Assembly: GCA_903847405.1 (NCBI GenBank)
Contig: CAINDP010000153.1
Span: forward strand, 4,121 to 68,120
Reading direction: 5' to 3'
Length of the DNA: 64,000 nucleotides
From: an uncultured Myxococcales bacterium
GTDB lineage: Bacteria > Myxococcota_A > UBA9042 > DTJE01
In this document: positions 17,519 through 29,124 of the stretch, piece after piece
Layout of the letters: every line of letters starts with the position of its first letter
Numbering within the stretch: the first letter of the stretch is position 1
Position numbers and translations under genes: made by a program
The notes under the pieces: generated by a model
Database searches by the model: none
What the model saw: only the letters and a program-made list of their open reading frames with translations
What the model was told of the DNA's origin: nothing

Positions 17519-18481
17519 ATGGCCGGATTCCGCTTCGCGGTCCTCGCGTGCCTGGTCCCCCTGGCAGCCGCCCAGGCCTGCGACTCCGGATCGCCCGCCG
17601 TGAACGTGCTGTCGTGGGACACGCCCGACGCCGCCACCGGCGCCGACCAGGCAACCGACGGCCACGGGGGCGCCGATGTGAACCGCGACGTCCCGCCGTG
17701 GGATCCGGGCTTCGACGTTCCGCCCTTCGATGTCGCAAACGATCCGGCCGGCGACGAATCGCCGCCCGACGGCGTCGTCGAGGACGTTCCAGCGGATGCC
17801 CCGGCCGACCCGTCCCCGGTGGACGTCGCGCCCGACGTGCAGCCCGACACGCACCCCGACGTCGCGCAGGACACGATGCTGGACATGCCGGCCGACTACG
17901 GCCCCATCGAACTGTCCTGCAGCCAGATCCTGGACTGCGCCGTCACCTGCGACTACGCGATGGGGTGCGTGCAGCAGTGCATCGCCCGGGGCGGACCGTC
18001 GGCGCGGGCCGCGGCCCAGGCCCTCCTGTCATGCACGATGGACGCGTGCTCCCAGTTCCTGCAGGACGGCCAGGCCCTGCAGACCTGCGTCATCCAGTAT
18101 TGCCGTGACGAGGGGTTGAACTGCCTGAACGACGCCTGCCAGCCGTCCTGCGACGGGAAGGAATGCGGTCCCGACGGATGCGGCGCCGACTGCGGCACCT
18201 GCGGCCCCGGCATGACCTGCGACGGCGGCGGCACGTGCGTCGTGGGCCAGGGGCTGTCGTGCCTGGAGGTCGTCGATTGCGCCCTCACCTGCGGCCCCGG
18301 CGACTTCAACTGCATCCAGGCGTGCCAGGCCCAGGGCGCCCCGCCCGCCCGGACCGCCTTCCAGGCCCTCTTCGGGTGCATCGTGCAGAAGTGCGCGCAG
18401 TCCGCCCAGACCCCGGCGCAACTGGAGGCCTGCGCGCTGCAGCAGTGTCCCGTGGAGTACGCGGACTGCCAGGCGAACTGA
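17519..18481 (+). CDS. cysteine-rich secreted protein with acidic Pro/Asp linker
   Basis: Signal peptide MAGFRFAVLACLVPLAAAQA; C-terminal half densely Cys-rich (CGPDGCGADCGTCGPGMTCDGGGTC). Confidence 0.5.
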   Translation: MAGFRFAVLACLVPLAAAQACDSGSPAVNVLSWDTPDAATGADQATDGHGGADVNRDVPPWDPGFDVPPFDVANDPAGDESPPDGVVEDVPADAPADPSPVDVAPDVQPDTHPDVAQDTMLDMPADYGPIELSCSQILDCAVTCDYAMGCVQQCIARGGPSARAAAQALLSCTMDACSQFLQDGQALQTCVIQYCRDEGLNCLNDACQPSCDGKECGPDGCGADCGTCGPGMTCDGGGTCVVGQGLSCLEVVDCALTCGPGDFNCIQACQAQGAPPARTAFQALFGCIVQKCAQSAQTPAQLEACALQQCPVEYADCQAN

Positions 18482-18510
18482 CACACCCGCGCCGTACCGT
18501 CAGTCGGAAA

Positions 18511-19764
18511 TCATTCCCAGAAGGTCTTCAGCTTGCTGGTGTGGGAGGGGTTCCGCAGCTTGTGCAGGGCCTTGCCCTCGATCTGCCGGATGCGTTCGCG
18601 GGTGACCTTGAACTCCTGCCCGACTTCCTCCAGCGTGTGGTCCCGGTCCTCGCCGATGCCGAAACGCATCCGCAGGACCTTTTCCTCACGCGGCGGCAGC
18701 CTGCACAGGACCTTGCGGGTCTGCTCGGACAGGTCGGCGTTCGCCACCCACTCGGGCGGGCTGGGCGCCGTGTGGTCCTCGATGAAGTCCCCGAGGTGGC
18801 TGTCGCCCTCGTCGCCGATGGGAGTTTCCAGCGAAATCGGGGTCCGCGCGATCTTCTGGATCATGCGCACCCGCTCGACGCTGCACTCCATCCGCTTGGC
18901 GATCTCCTCGGGCGTCGGCTCCCGGCCCAGCACCTGCACCAGTTCCCGGCTGGTCCGGACCAGTTTGCTGAGGTGCTCGATCATGTGGACCGGAATGCGG
19001 ATCGTCCGGGCCTGATCCGCCACGGCACGCGTGATCGCCTGCCGGATCCACCAGGTTGCGTACGTGCTGAACTTGTAGCCGCGACGGTACTCGAACTTTT
19101 CCACGGCCCGGATGAGCCCGAGGTTGCCTTCCTGGATCAGGTCCAGGAACTGCAACCCCCGGTTCGCGTATTTCTTGGCGATGGACACGACCAGGCGAAG
19201 GTTCGCCTTGATCATTTCGCCACGGGCCCGTTCGGCTCGGCGCTCGGCGGCCGCGACACGCACCAGTCGTTCCCGCAGCGCGGTGACTTCCTTCGACGGG
19301 GTGTCCCCCGAGGCGTCGGCCTCGATCAGGCGCTTCTTCCACCCGGTGACCACCGTCTGCACCGCGGGACGGTTCAGGCGCATGGTCGAAACGCGGTCAC
19401 GAGGAAGGCCGTCCTCGGCCGGCGGGAGGTCCGGAAAGACCATCCCGGTGCCCAGGACGAGGTCGTAGACCTCCATCTCGCCGTCCTCGATTCGCCGGGC
19501 GATGTCCACCTCGGCGTCACGGGTCAGCAGGGGCACTTCGCTCATCTGCCGCAGGTAGAGATGGACGGGATCGACGGACGTGCTGCGTACTTCACTGGCC
19601 CCGTCCTTGGGGGATCCGGGCCGCGGAGGGCTGGAGTCTTCGCTGTCTTCGGACGCGACAGGAGCCGCATCCCGCATCAGCGCGTCATCAAGGTCCGAAA
19701 GCGAGAGGGATCCCTCACGCTTCCTTCCTGCATCCTCACGGCGCCCGATGTCCGAGGAGTCCAT
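18511..19764 (-). CDS. RNA polymerase sigma-70 family factor (RpoD/RpoS-like, group 1/2)
   Basis: Regions 1.2-4 recognisable: [69 protein letters not shown], region 4 [26 protein letters not shown]. Confidence 0.85.
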   Translation of the reverse strand: MDSSDIGRREDAGRKREGSLSLSDLDDALMRDAAPVASEDSEDSSPPRPGSPKDGASEVRSTSVDPVHLYLRQMSEVPLLTRDAEVDIARRIEDGEMEVYDLVLGTGMVFPDLPPAEDGLPRDRVSTMRLNRPAVQTVVTGWKKRLIEADASGDTPSKEVTALRERLVRVAAAERRAERARGEMIKANLRLVVSIAKKYANRGLQFLDLIQEGNLGLIRAVEKFEYRRGYKFSTYATWWIRQAITRAVADQARTIRIPVHMIEHLSKLVRTSRELVQVLGREPTPEEIAKRMECSVERVRMIQKIARTPISLETPIGDEGDSHLGDFIEDHTAPSPPEWVANADLSEQTRKVLCRLPPREEKVLRMRFGIGEDRDHTLEEVGQEFKVTRERIRQIEGKALHKLRNPSHTSKLKTFWE

Positions 19765-19945
19765 GCGTTCGCCCCGAGCAGGAGGCTTGGTGCGGGACTG
19801 CCGGGGACGTCGGCGACGCGGCCACTTTCGTGGTCACGCCGCGCGACGCCCCGGCATGCCGCCGATTCGAAAGCCCCGCGGGCCGGCCAACCGCCGATGC
19901 CCGAAGGACCTCACGCTAGAACGGATATCCTGAAGCCGGAGAGGC

Positions 19946-20251
19946 TCAGAAGCGGCGCGGGCCGCGGTCGTAACCGCCGCCACCACCGCCACCGCCACGC
20001 TCTTCGCGCTCACGGGGGTAATCGATCTTCACGGCGCGGCCGTCGATGATCTGACCGTCCATTTCGGTCTTGCACTTCGCGGCGGCCTCGTCGGTCGCAA
20101 ACGTCACGAAGCCGAACCCCTTCGACCGGCCGGTCTCGCGGTCCATGATCACCTTGACGTCCTCGATTTCACCGAAGCGCTCGCACGCCTCGCGAAGAGT
20201 CGATTCCGTCGTTCCCCAGGCCAGACCACCCATGAACAGCTTGTTCTTCAT
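19946..20251 (-). CDS. glycine-rich RNA-binding protein (single RRM domain)
   Basis: RNP2 KLFMGGL and RNP1 KGFGFVTF; Gly-rich RGGGGGGGGYDRG tail; internal ATG MKNK chosen. Confidence 0.8.
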   Translation of the reverse strand: MKNKLFMGGLAWGTTESTLREACERFGEIEDVKVIMDRETGRSKGFGFVTFATDEAAAKCKTEMDGQIIDGRAVKIDYPREREERGGGGGGGGYDRGPRRF

Positions 20252-20675
20252 TCCGAACTCCCGATACGCAGGCTTCACGCCCGCACTGGCACACGCCCGA
20301 TACCCGGGCACGAAGGACCGCCACCCTGCTGCGCGCGACCTTCACCGAATGTCTGGTGCGCGACCTCGCGCACCGTTGATTCATGCCGTGTCAGCGGGCT
20401 CTTGACGAATCCGGTAGACTCGGTGGCGAAACGACTCGCGGCAGGAGGACCCCCTCCGTTCATCGGGAAGGTAGGCCTTCTCAAGTCGAATTGCAAGGAA
20501 TTTTCAGGAACTTGAGTCCCCACGCAGGCCTGACGGCGCTTCGGGCCTGTGCGCGAGGGCGGGAATCCGGATTCGGAACGTGCTATCTTCGTCGACACGC
20601 TTCTCTCGAATCCATGGGTGTCCACAGAATGGCAGGGCCGGTCGTGCGCGATCCCCAGGCCACCCGAGGGCGGAC

Positions 20676-22805
20676 ATGACTGCGACGCAGACGGACCGCG
20701 GAATACCTCCCGAACTGCGCAGGGACTACGAGGCGGAACGGCGCCGGAAGACGTTCCGTGCCGTCTGGGGCGTCACGATCATCGCGTTGCTGATGTACCC
20801 GGCCACGACGCTGCTGGACTGGGTCATCGCGCGCGACCACTACCGGGAACTCTCCATCGCCCGGTTTTCGGAAACGGGCGCGCTGCTCCTGCTGCTGCTG
20901 GTCCTTCGCTGGATGGAGAAAAGCGGCCGCGCCGAGCGCCTGGCCCACGTCATGGCCTGGGTGCTGGCCGGGGTGATCGCCGTCAGCCTGGACGCGTTCG
21001 TCCTGATCCTCGGCGGACCGTCCTCACCTTACTACGGCGGACTGACCCTGCTGCTGACCGCCGTCCTCGTGGCGTACCCCTGGGAGATCGCGCGCACGGC
21101 CTGGCTGGTCCTGGCCATCGTGGCCCAGTTCAACCTGGTGATGGTGCTGGCGGATCCGGGGTGGCCCTGGATCGGGTACTTCATCGCGAACTACTTCTAC
21201 GTCGGGACGATCTTCATCGGCCTCGTCTGGAGGATCACCTCGGAAAAGCTCAACCGGGAGGAGTTCCTGCAGCGAAAGAGCGCGCAGGCCGAGCAGTCCA
21301 ACCTTGCGGCGACCCTCCTGGGCATCGCGGATGGGGTCATCACCACGGATACGATGGGCAATGTCGTCCTGATGAACCGCGTCGCCCAGGAACTGACGGG
21401 GTGGAGCCGGGACGAGGCCCTGGGACGGCCGCTGGAGGACGTCTTCCGGATCTCGGGTCGGGACGACGCGAACCCGGACGACCACCCGGTGGCGAGGGTC
21501 CTCGCAGCCGGCCAGATCTTCGCCAATCCCCGACCGGTGTCGCTGGTTTCGCGGCAGGGACGCGAGCGGTTCATCGAGGAAAGCGCCGGGCCCATCCAGG
21601 ACGGCGACGGGGGCGTCACCGGGGTGGTCCTGGTGTTCCGGGACGTCACTCTCCGGCGGCGCATGGAGGAAGAACTCCAGCGGGCGCACAAACTTGAGTC
21701 GGTGGGCCTCCTGGCCGGGGGCATCGCGCACGACTTCAACAACCTGCTGACCGGGATCTGGGGCAGCGTTTCCCTGGCCCGGTCCGACGTTCCTGCCGAC
21801 GGCGAGGCGAACACCTGGCTGGCGGAAGCCGAAAAGGGCGTCATGCGGGCGCGGGACCTGACCCAGCAACTCCTCACCTTCTCGAAGGGGGGCGCCCCGA
21901 TCCGCAGGACCGCCCGCATCGGCGACCTGATCGCCGACTCGGCCCGGTTCTCGCTGCGCGGTTCGAACGTGCGCTGCGAAGTGTCGATCCCGGACGACCT
22001 CTGGTCGGTCGAGGTCGACGAAAGCCAGATGAGCCAGGTCATCAGCAACCTCGTCATCAACGCGGACGAAGCCATGCCTGCCGGAGGCCGGATCCGGGTT
22101 TCCGCACGCAACCTCCCGAACGGCGCCGCCCTGCCCCCTTCGCTGCCCGCCGGACGGTACATCGAGGTCGCGGTCGAGGACGAGGGGATCGGCATCGCCC
22201 CGGAGCACCTGGCCCGGGTGTTCGACCCCTATTTCACGACGAAGAAGAAGGGAAGCGGGCTGGGCCTGGCGATCTGCTTCGGCATCCTCCAGAAGCACGA
22301 GGGCCTCATCACCGTGGATTCCGAACTCGGCAAGGGCTCCACCTTCCGGATCCATCTGCCCGCGTCCACGAAGGCGCCGACACCCAGGGTGGATGACGAA
22401 CCGCACCCCCTGTCGGGCCGGGGCCGCGCCCTCGTCATGGACGACGACCCCTCGATTCGCGACGTCAGCAGCATGATGCTCAGCCGGTTGGGATACGAAG
22501 TGCAGACCGCCGCCGACGGTGCGGAGGCCGTCGAGGCCTATCTGCGCGCGATGGAATCCGGCCGCCCCTTCACGTTCGCCATCATGGACCTGACGGTGCC
22601 CGGGGGCATGGGCGGCCTGGAGGCGGCACGGGCGGTCCTGGCAATCGACCCGGACGCCAGGCTCATCGTGTCCAGCGGCTATTCGAACGATCCCATCATG
22701 TCCGAGTACCGCGACCACGGGTTCCGCGGCGTGATTCCCAAACCCTACGAACCCGCCCTCCTGGGAAGAACCGTGCAGGACGCCCTCTCGAAGACCGATT
22801 GCTAG
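20676..22805 (+). CDS. hybrid sensor histidine kinase/response regulator with membrane N-terminus and PAS domain
   Basis: Multi-TM N-term, PAS, HisKA H-box (LAGGIAHDFNNLLTGI), HATPase (GSGLGLAI), C-terminal receiver (LVMDDDPSIRD...MDLTVPGGMGG). Confidence 0.8.
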   Translation: MTATQTDRGIPPELRRDYEAERRRKTFRAVWGVTIIALLMYPATTLLDWVIARDHYRELSIARFSETGALLLLLLVLRWMEKSGRAERLAHVMAWVLAGVIAVSLDAFVLILGGPSSPYYGGLTLLLTAVLVAYPWEIARTAWLVLAIVAQFNLVMVLADPGWPWIGYFIANYFYVGTIFIGLVWRITSEKLNREEFLQRKSAQAEQSNLAATLLGIADGVITTDTMGNVVLMNRVAQELTGWSRDEALGRPLEDVFRISGRDDANPDDHPVARVLAAGQIFANPRPVSLVSRQGRERFIEESAGPIQDGDGGVTGVVLVFRDVTLRRRMEEELQRAHKLESVGLLAGGIAHDFNNLLTGIWGSVSLARSDVPADGEANTWLAEAEKGVMRARDLTQQLLTFSKGGAPIRRTARIGDLIADSARFSLRGSNVRCEVSIPDDLWSVEVDESQMSQVISNLVINADEAMPAGGRIRVSARNLPNGAALPPSLPAGRYIEVAVEDEGIGIAPEHLARVFDPYFTTKKKGSGLGLAICFGILQKHEGLITVDSELGKGSTFRIHLPASTKAPTPRVDDEPHPLSGRGRALVMDDDPSIRDVSSMMLSRLGYEVQTAADGAEAVEAYLRAMESGRPFTFAIMDLTVPGGMGGLEAARAVLAIDPDARLIVSSGYSNDPIMSEYRDHGFRGVIPKPYEPALLGRTVQDALSKTDC

Positions 22806-22951
22806 CCTCGGGCCGCGGGGACCTGCATCCGGATACTCCGGGTCCGCTTGACTGGTTCCGGGGGCGGCCGGATACTGCCATAAGAGCGGATGTTTCCGTG
22901 AGGTTCCGACACATCCAGCATCGCAACCGGGGACTGAGGAGCGCCGTGGGA

Positions 22952-25095
<2,144 letters not shown>

Positions 25096-25099
<4 letters not shown>

Positions 25100-26901
25100 T
25101 CGCAGGTCACGTGGATGTCGAACCGGTTCCCGTACCAGATCTCCTCGGACACGATGTAGTACGGTCGTCCGGCCTCCGCCGTGAACGTCACCTCGGCATA
25201 CCAGCCATAGTCCCCGGCGATGCACGTCGCAGGGTTGCAGGCGCCCGACAGGACGTAGACCGACACAGGATCGCCACCGGAGTCCGAATAGTCGATCCGC
25301 GCCGTCACCTGCCGGGTCACCGGGCTGACGAACTTCCAGATCGTTTCGTCCCCGGACAGGTCGTCGTTGCCGCAGGCCGCGCCGGCCGTGCCCGTCAGGT
25401 TGTTGTCGTAGGCCACCAGCCAGTACTTCGTCATGCCGCAGGTCGCGTCCCCATCCACCTTGGTGCACGTGTCGGGCGTGCAGGGCGGAATGCCCTGGCA
25501 ATCCGTGTCCGCGCAGTCCGTGGCGCCGTCCAGGTCGTCGTCCCAGCCGTCGGCGCACAGGGTTTCGCGGGTCGGGCAGGCGCCGCCGCAATCGACCGGG
25601 CAGGTGGCGCAGGTTTCGGCGGGCCGTGCGCAGGTGCCATCGCCGCACCGCGGGCCGGGCACGCACGCCTCCAGCGCGCACCGGTCGCCCAGGGTCGCCG
25701 GGTCGCCGTCCTCGCAGGGCGCCGTGTTGGCCGCATGCGCGCAGGCGTTGGCCGGGCACGTGTCGTCCGTGCAGGGATTGCCGTCGCCGCACTCGGACGC
25801 GTCCACGCACTCGCAGACCCGCAACCCGGGGACGCAGGCCCCCGCGGTGCAGGCGTCCGGCGCGGTGCAGGGGTTCCCGTCGTCGCAGGACGTGCCGTCC
25901 ATCACGTCGCTGTAGTCGTCGGTCGCGATGTCGGGCGCGCAGACCCGGCAGGTGTTCCCGGGCGCGGTCGCGGTCGCCGGGACGCAGGCCCCGGCCACCA
26001 GGCAGGTCCCGGCATCCAGCACGTGGGTGCAGGTCCCGTCGACGCACCGGTCGGCCGTGCAGGCAATCCCGTCGTCGCACCGGGCGTCGCCGTCGCACTG
26101 GCAGACGCGCGGTCCCGGGACGCAGGCCCCGTCGGCGCAGGCGTCACCGGCGGTGCACCCGTCCCCGTCGGCGCAGGGCGCGGTGTTGAACGGGTGCTGG
26201 CAGTGCCCTTCCAGGCAGAAATCGTCGGTGCAGGGATCCGCGTCGGGGCATTCGGCGTCGGTCCGGCACTCGCAGTCCAGCGTGCCGCCGGTGCAATTCC
26301 CCTTGTGGCAGACTTCGCCGCTGGTGCAGAAGTCCCCGTCGTCGCATTCCTGGCCTTCCAGGAAACCCGAGTCCAGCACGCAGTGCCCGGTGGCCGGATT
26401 GCAGCGGTTGGGTCGGCAGGCCAGGCCGTAGATCGGGTCGCACTGCGTTTCGTCCGTGCACCAGCAGGTCAGCGAACCGGGTGCGCAGAGGGATGCGACG
26501 GCGTCCGTGCCGGAATCCGTGGCGCCCGGGTCGGCAGGCGTGTCGCCCGGTGCATCGGTCGGGGGGAGGTCGGTTGCCGTTGCGTCGGCAACATCCGGGG
26601 CCGGATCGGTCCCGTCGCCGGGATCGGCCAGGTCCCGCGGGACCGGCAGGTCGGTGGGTTCCCAGGCGTCGGCGCCGTCGTCCGTCGGGCCGGGATCGGT
26701 CGCGGCGTCCGCCGGCACGTCCCGCGCAGCCACGTCCCGGAGCGTCGCGTCCCCGTCATCCCGGGCGCCCGGGTCCTGGCCGGCGTCCCGCCCGTTGATG
26801 ATCACGATTTCCCCCAGAACGTCCGTGGACGTCCCGGCCCCGCCCGAACACCCTGCTGCCAGCAGCACCAGGACGATCGCTCCCGCCTGTCCCCTGCGCA
26901 T
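25096..26901 (-). CDS. lipoprotein with Myxococcus-type cysteine-rich repeats (TIGR02232-like) and C-terminal pre-peptidase-C-like domain
   Basis: Lipobox MRRGQAGAIVLVLLAAGCSG; roughly 40-aa modules repeated about five times, e.g. CDDGNPCTAPDACTAGACVPGLRVC and CGDGNPCTDDTC; acidic DPG linker. Confidence 0.6.
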
Positions 26902-26977
26902 CGAAACCCCCTCGCGGCGCGGGTAGCATAACCGAACCGCGCGTGTCCTTGTCATCCGGGTTTCGGGGGTCGAAAAC

Positions 26978-28072
26978 TCAGTACTGAAGGCCGACATTCA
27001 GGCCCACCAGGTGCGCCTGCGTGTCGTAGTCCGCGGCGTTGGACCATTGCCGGATGTAGGAGTAGGAGGCCGTCACGGTCAGTTCGATCGCCCCGAAGGC
27101 GTGCGTGTATCCCAGGGAGGCCATCGGGATCAATTTCCGGTCCTGGCGGCTGGACGCCACGACGGTTCCCCCCAGATCGGTCGCAGGCCAACCCGGGAAC
27201 TCCAGGGTCCGGAATTCCAGCCCGGCCGTGAGCGACCACCCCCGGGGCAGCATCTGCTTGTACTTCAGGTAGGCCCGATGGCCCCCGGCCAGGAAGTCCG
27301 ACGTCAGGAACGCGAACTGCGTCTGGGTCAGTTTCCGCGCCAGGGCCTGGCTGGACGACAGGAGGTATCGATACGAGTAGTCCGCCTGCAGCCCGCCCTG
27401 GGCCCACAGGCCCTGGCTGATGTGCAGACCGACGTCCATCTGGTGGTCGTCGCGATCGACCCGTCCCTGCCCCTGCCCCTTCAGACCCAGGTTGTACCGG
27501 AAGCCGTAGCCCACGCGCGGGGTCAGCGTGGTCCGGGACGGCAGCGTGAACCGGACCTCGGTGGTCGCCAGCGCGTCCAGGGCGTCCGACGCACGATCGT
27601 CGTAGAAGCCGCGGTACCGGATCGTCACGCCGGCCTGCCACGCGGCCCAGGTCGTGGGCTCCAGGCTGACCGCGGCGTTCAGCGTCCCTCCGACGAAGTT
27701 CAGGCCGTCGTAGGCCGCCTGGTTCCGCAGGGTCTCGACCGCCAGGGCCACCAGGAACTCGTTCCTCCCGTCGGGACCGAAGGCGGGGTTCACCTGCAGC
27801 CGCAAGGCGTGGTCGTGGGAGGTCAGGTCCGTGTGGGACGTGAAGATTTCGGCGGCCCCGTCATACTGCAGCGTCCAGGCGGTTCCGAAGTCCATGCCCG
27901 CCTTCAGGCTGGGCAGGATCGACACGTCCCATTCGGGGGTGTGCATCAGGAACACGTTGTCGGTCCAGACGCTGCCGACGGCGCCCGCCGCGCTGAATTC
28001 CTGCGCCCGGGCCGGGCCCGCAACCAGGCCGGTTGTCACAGCGCACAGCAGGGCCAGCGTCGCAACCTTCAT
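26978..28072 (-). CDS. putative outer-membrane beta-barrel protein
   Basis: Signal peptide MKVATLALLCAVTTGLVAGPARAQE; alternating amphipathic strands; C-terminal LNVGLQY aromatic end; start overlaps upstream small gene (ATGA). Confidence 0.5.
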   Translation of the reverse strand: MKVATLALLCAVTTGLVAGPARAQEFSAAGAVGSVWTDNVFLMHTPEWDVSILPSLKAGMDFGTAWTLQYDGAAEIFTSHTDLTSHDHALRLQVNPAFGPDGRNEFLVALAVETLRNQAAYDGLNFVGGTLNAAVSLEPTTWAAWQAGVTIRYRGFYDDRASDALDALATTEVRFTLPSRTTLTPRVGYGFRYNLGLKGQGQGRVDRDDHQMDVGLHISQGLWAQGGLQADYSYRYLLSSSQALARKLTQTQFAFLTSDFLAGGHRAYLKYKQMLPRGWSLTAGLEFRTLEFPGWPATDLGGTVVASSRQDRKLIPMASLGYTHAFGAIELTVTASYSYIRQWSNAADYDTQAHLVGLNVGLQY

Positions 28073-28455
28073 TTCCCGCCATCCTGGCACGAACCATTGC
28101 CGTCCGCGCCGCCTCGGAACCGCCGCATCGTGCCGGACCCGGTGCCCGCCCCTGCGGCCCCGTGGCCCATGACTCCCTTCCCGTGCTTCCGGAACCGGTG
28201 CTCCTGCCCGTCCTGGATGCCGTCGCCGTCGCGGTCCACGAACCCTGCACCCGCGTCCGACGCGGCGTTCGAGGCTGGAACCACCGCCGGCACAACCGCG
28301 GCAGGGGGCGTCACGACAGGTTCCGGAGTACCTGCCGCACCCGGTGCCGCCTGGACGGCCGCAGCCCTTGCGGGCTCGACCGCCGCCTGGGCCACCGCCA
28401 TCCGCGGCAGCACCGACGCACCGACCAGCACCAGCAACGTCATCCGGATGTTCAT
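28069..28455 (-). CDS. small secreted protein with DxDGDGxxD (TSP3/EF-hand-like) motif, Ala/Pro-rich
   Basis: Signal peptide MNIRMTLLVLVGASVLPRMAVAQA; GFVDRDGDGIQDGQEH motif; Gly/His-rich tail. Confidence 0.5.
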   Translation of the reverse strand: MNIRMTLLVLVGASVLPRMAVAQAAVEPARAAAVQAAPGAAGTPEPVVTPPAAVVPAVVPASNAASDAGAGFVDRDGDGIQDGQEHRFRKHGKGVMGHGAAGAGTGSGTMRRFRGGADGNGSCQDGGK

Positions 28456-28514
28456 GATGCCTCCGCGGCCCGGGGGGAGCGTGTCCCCCCGGGCCGTCCA
28501 GGTCGCACCCTGCC

Positions 28515-28919
28515 CTACTGGGCCTTTCCCTTGCCGCTCTTGGCGTTGTCGCACACGCCGTCGCCGTTCGCGTCGACGAAGCCGGCGCCGTGCACGCCCT
28601 TGCCCATGCCCTGGCCCTTGCCCTGGCCCTTGCCCTGGCCCTTGCCCTTGGACATGCCCTTGCCCTGGCCGCCGGTTCCCTTCTTGTCACAGATCCCGTC
28701 GCCGTCGGCGTCCACGAAAGCCGCGCCCGTGCCGTCCTTGGCCTGGATCTGGGTCTGGTCCTTGGCCTGGACCTGGGTCTGGTCCTGGGCCTGCGTCGCC
28801 TGGCCCGCCTGGGCTCCCTGGCCCTTCCCCTTCACCGGGTCCGCGTCGTCCGCGAACGCCACCGAGGGCAGGCCCGCCATCACCACCACCAGGAACAGGT
28901 TCTTCATGTTCGTCTTCAT
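28515..28919 (-). CDS. small secreted Lys/Gln/Gly-rich protein with two DxDGDGxCD putative Ca-binding motifs (paralog of 39670..40086)
   Basis: Signal peptide MKTNMKNLFLVVVMAGLPSVAFA; GFVDADGDGICDKKG and GFVDANGDGVCDN; (GKGQ)n repeats; sigma-54 promoter upstream. Confidence 0.6.
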   Translation of the reverse strand: MKTNMKNLFLVVVMAGLPSVAFADDADPVKGKGQGAQAGQATQAQDQTQVQAKDQTQIQAKDGTGAAFVDADGDGICDKKGTGGQGKGMSKGKGQGKGQGKGQGMGKGVHGAGFVDANGDGVCDNAKSGKGKAQ

Positions 28920-28976
28920 CACCGGACCTCCTGGGCTGCAAGTACCAGCCCCCCACGGGCCGGCAAGGATTGTTGA

Positions 28977-28994
28977 TTGCGAGCGCCGTGCCAC
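28977..28994 (-). promoter_or_regulatory. sigma-54 (-24/-12) promoter TGGCAC-N5-TCGCA reading toward 28919
   Basis: Minus-strand sequence TGGCACggcgcTCGCAA; GG and GC spaced as in consensus TGGCAC-N5-TTGCA; about 55 nt upstream of start codon; NtrC-type activator gene immediately upstream. Confidence 0.55.
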
Positions 28995-29078
28995 GGGGAA
29001 AAGTATTTCACAAACACCCGTAGTCCTTGCGGTATCGCGATTTTCAGCCCGGGATGTCTGCCCGGCGCCCCCGGAACC

Positions 29079-29117
29079 TCGACGTTTTCGTCGAAGCCTC
29101 TCGACGTCCCGGTCGAA
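29079..29117. promoter_or_regulatory. two adjacent inverted repeats (TCGACG-TTTT-CGTCGA and TCGAC-N6-GTCGA), candidate enhancer (UAS) for the sigma-54 promoter about 100-130 nt downstream on minus strand
   Basis: Perfect palindromes read directly; same pair conserved upstream of second promoter copy near 40247..40285. Confidence 0.4.
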
Positions 29118-29124
29118 CCGGCCG

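Noticed and set aside
19765-19945. 180-nt intergenic region checked for tRNA/sRNA
   Set aside because: No cloverleaf features (no GTTCRANYC T-loop); function unknown, not called
20580-20675. N-terminal extension of hybrid kinase ORF (MLSSSTRFSRIHG...)
   Set aside because: Arg-rich, no TM/signal; internal ATG 20676 followed by TM helices preferred
28590-28976. 12-nt tandem repeats (GCCCTTGCCCTG)n, considered as CRISPR/other repeat
   Set aside because: They encode the (GKGQ)n peptide repeat of the small secreted protein; no spacer architecture
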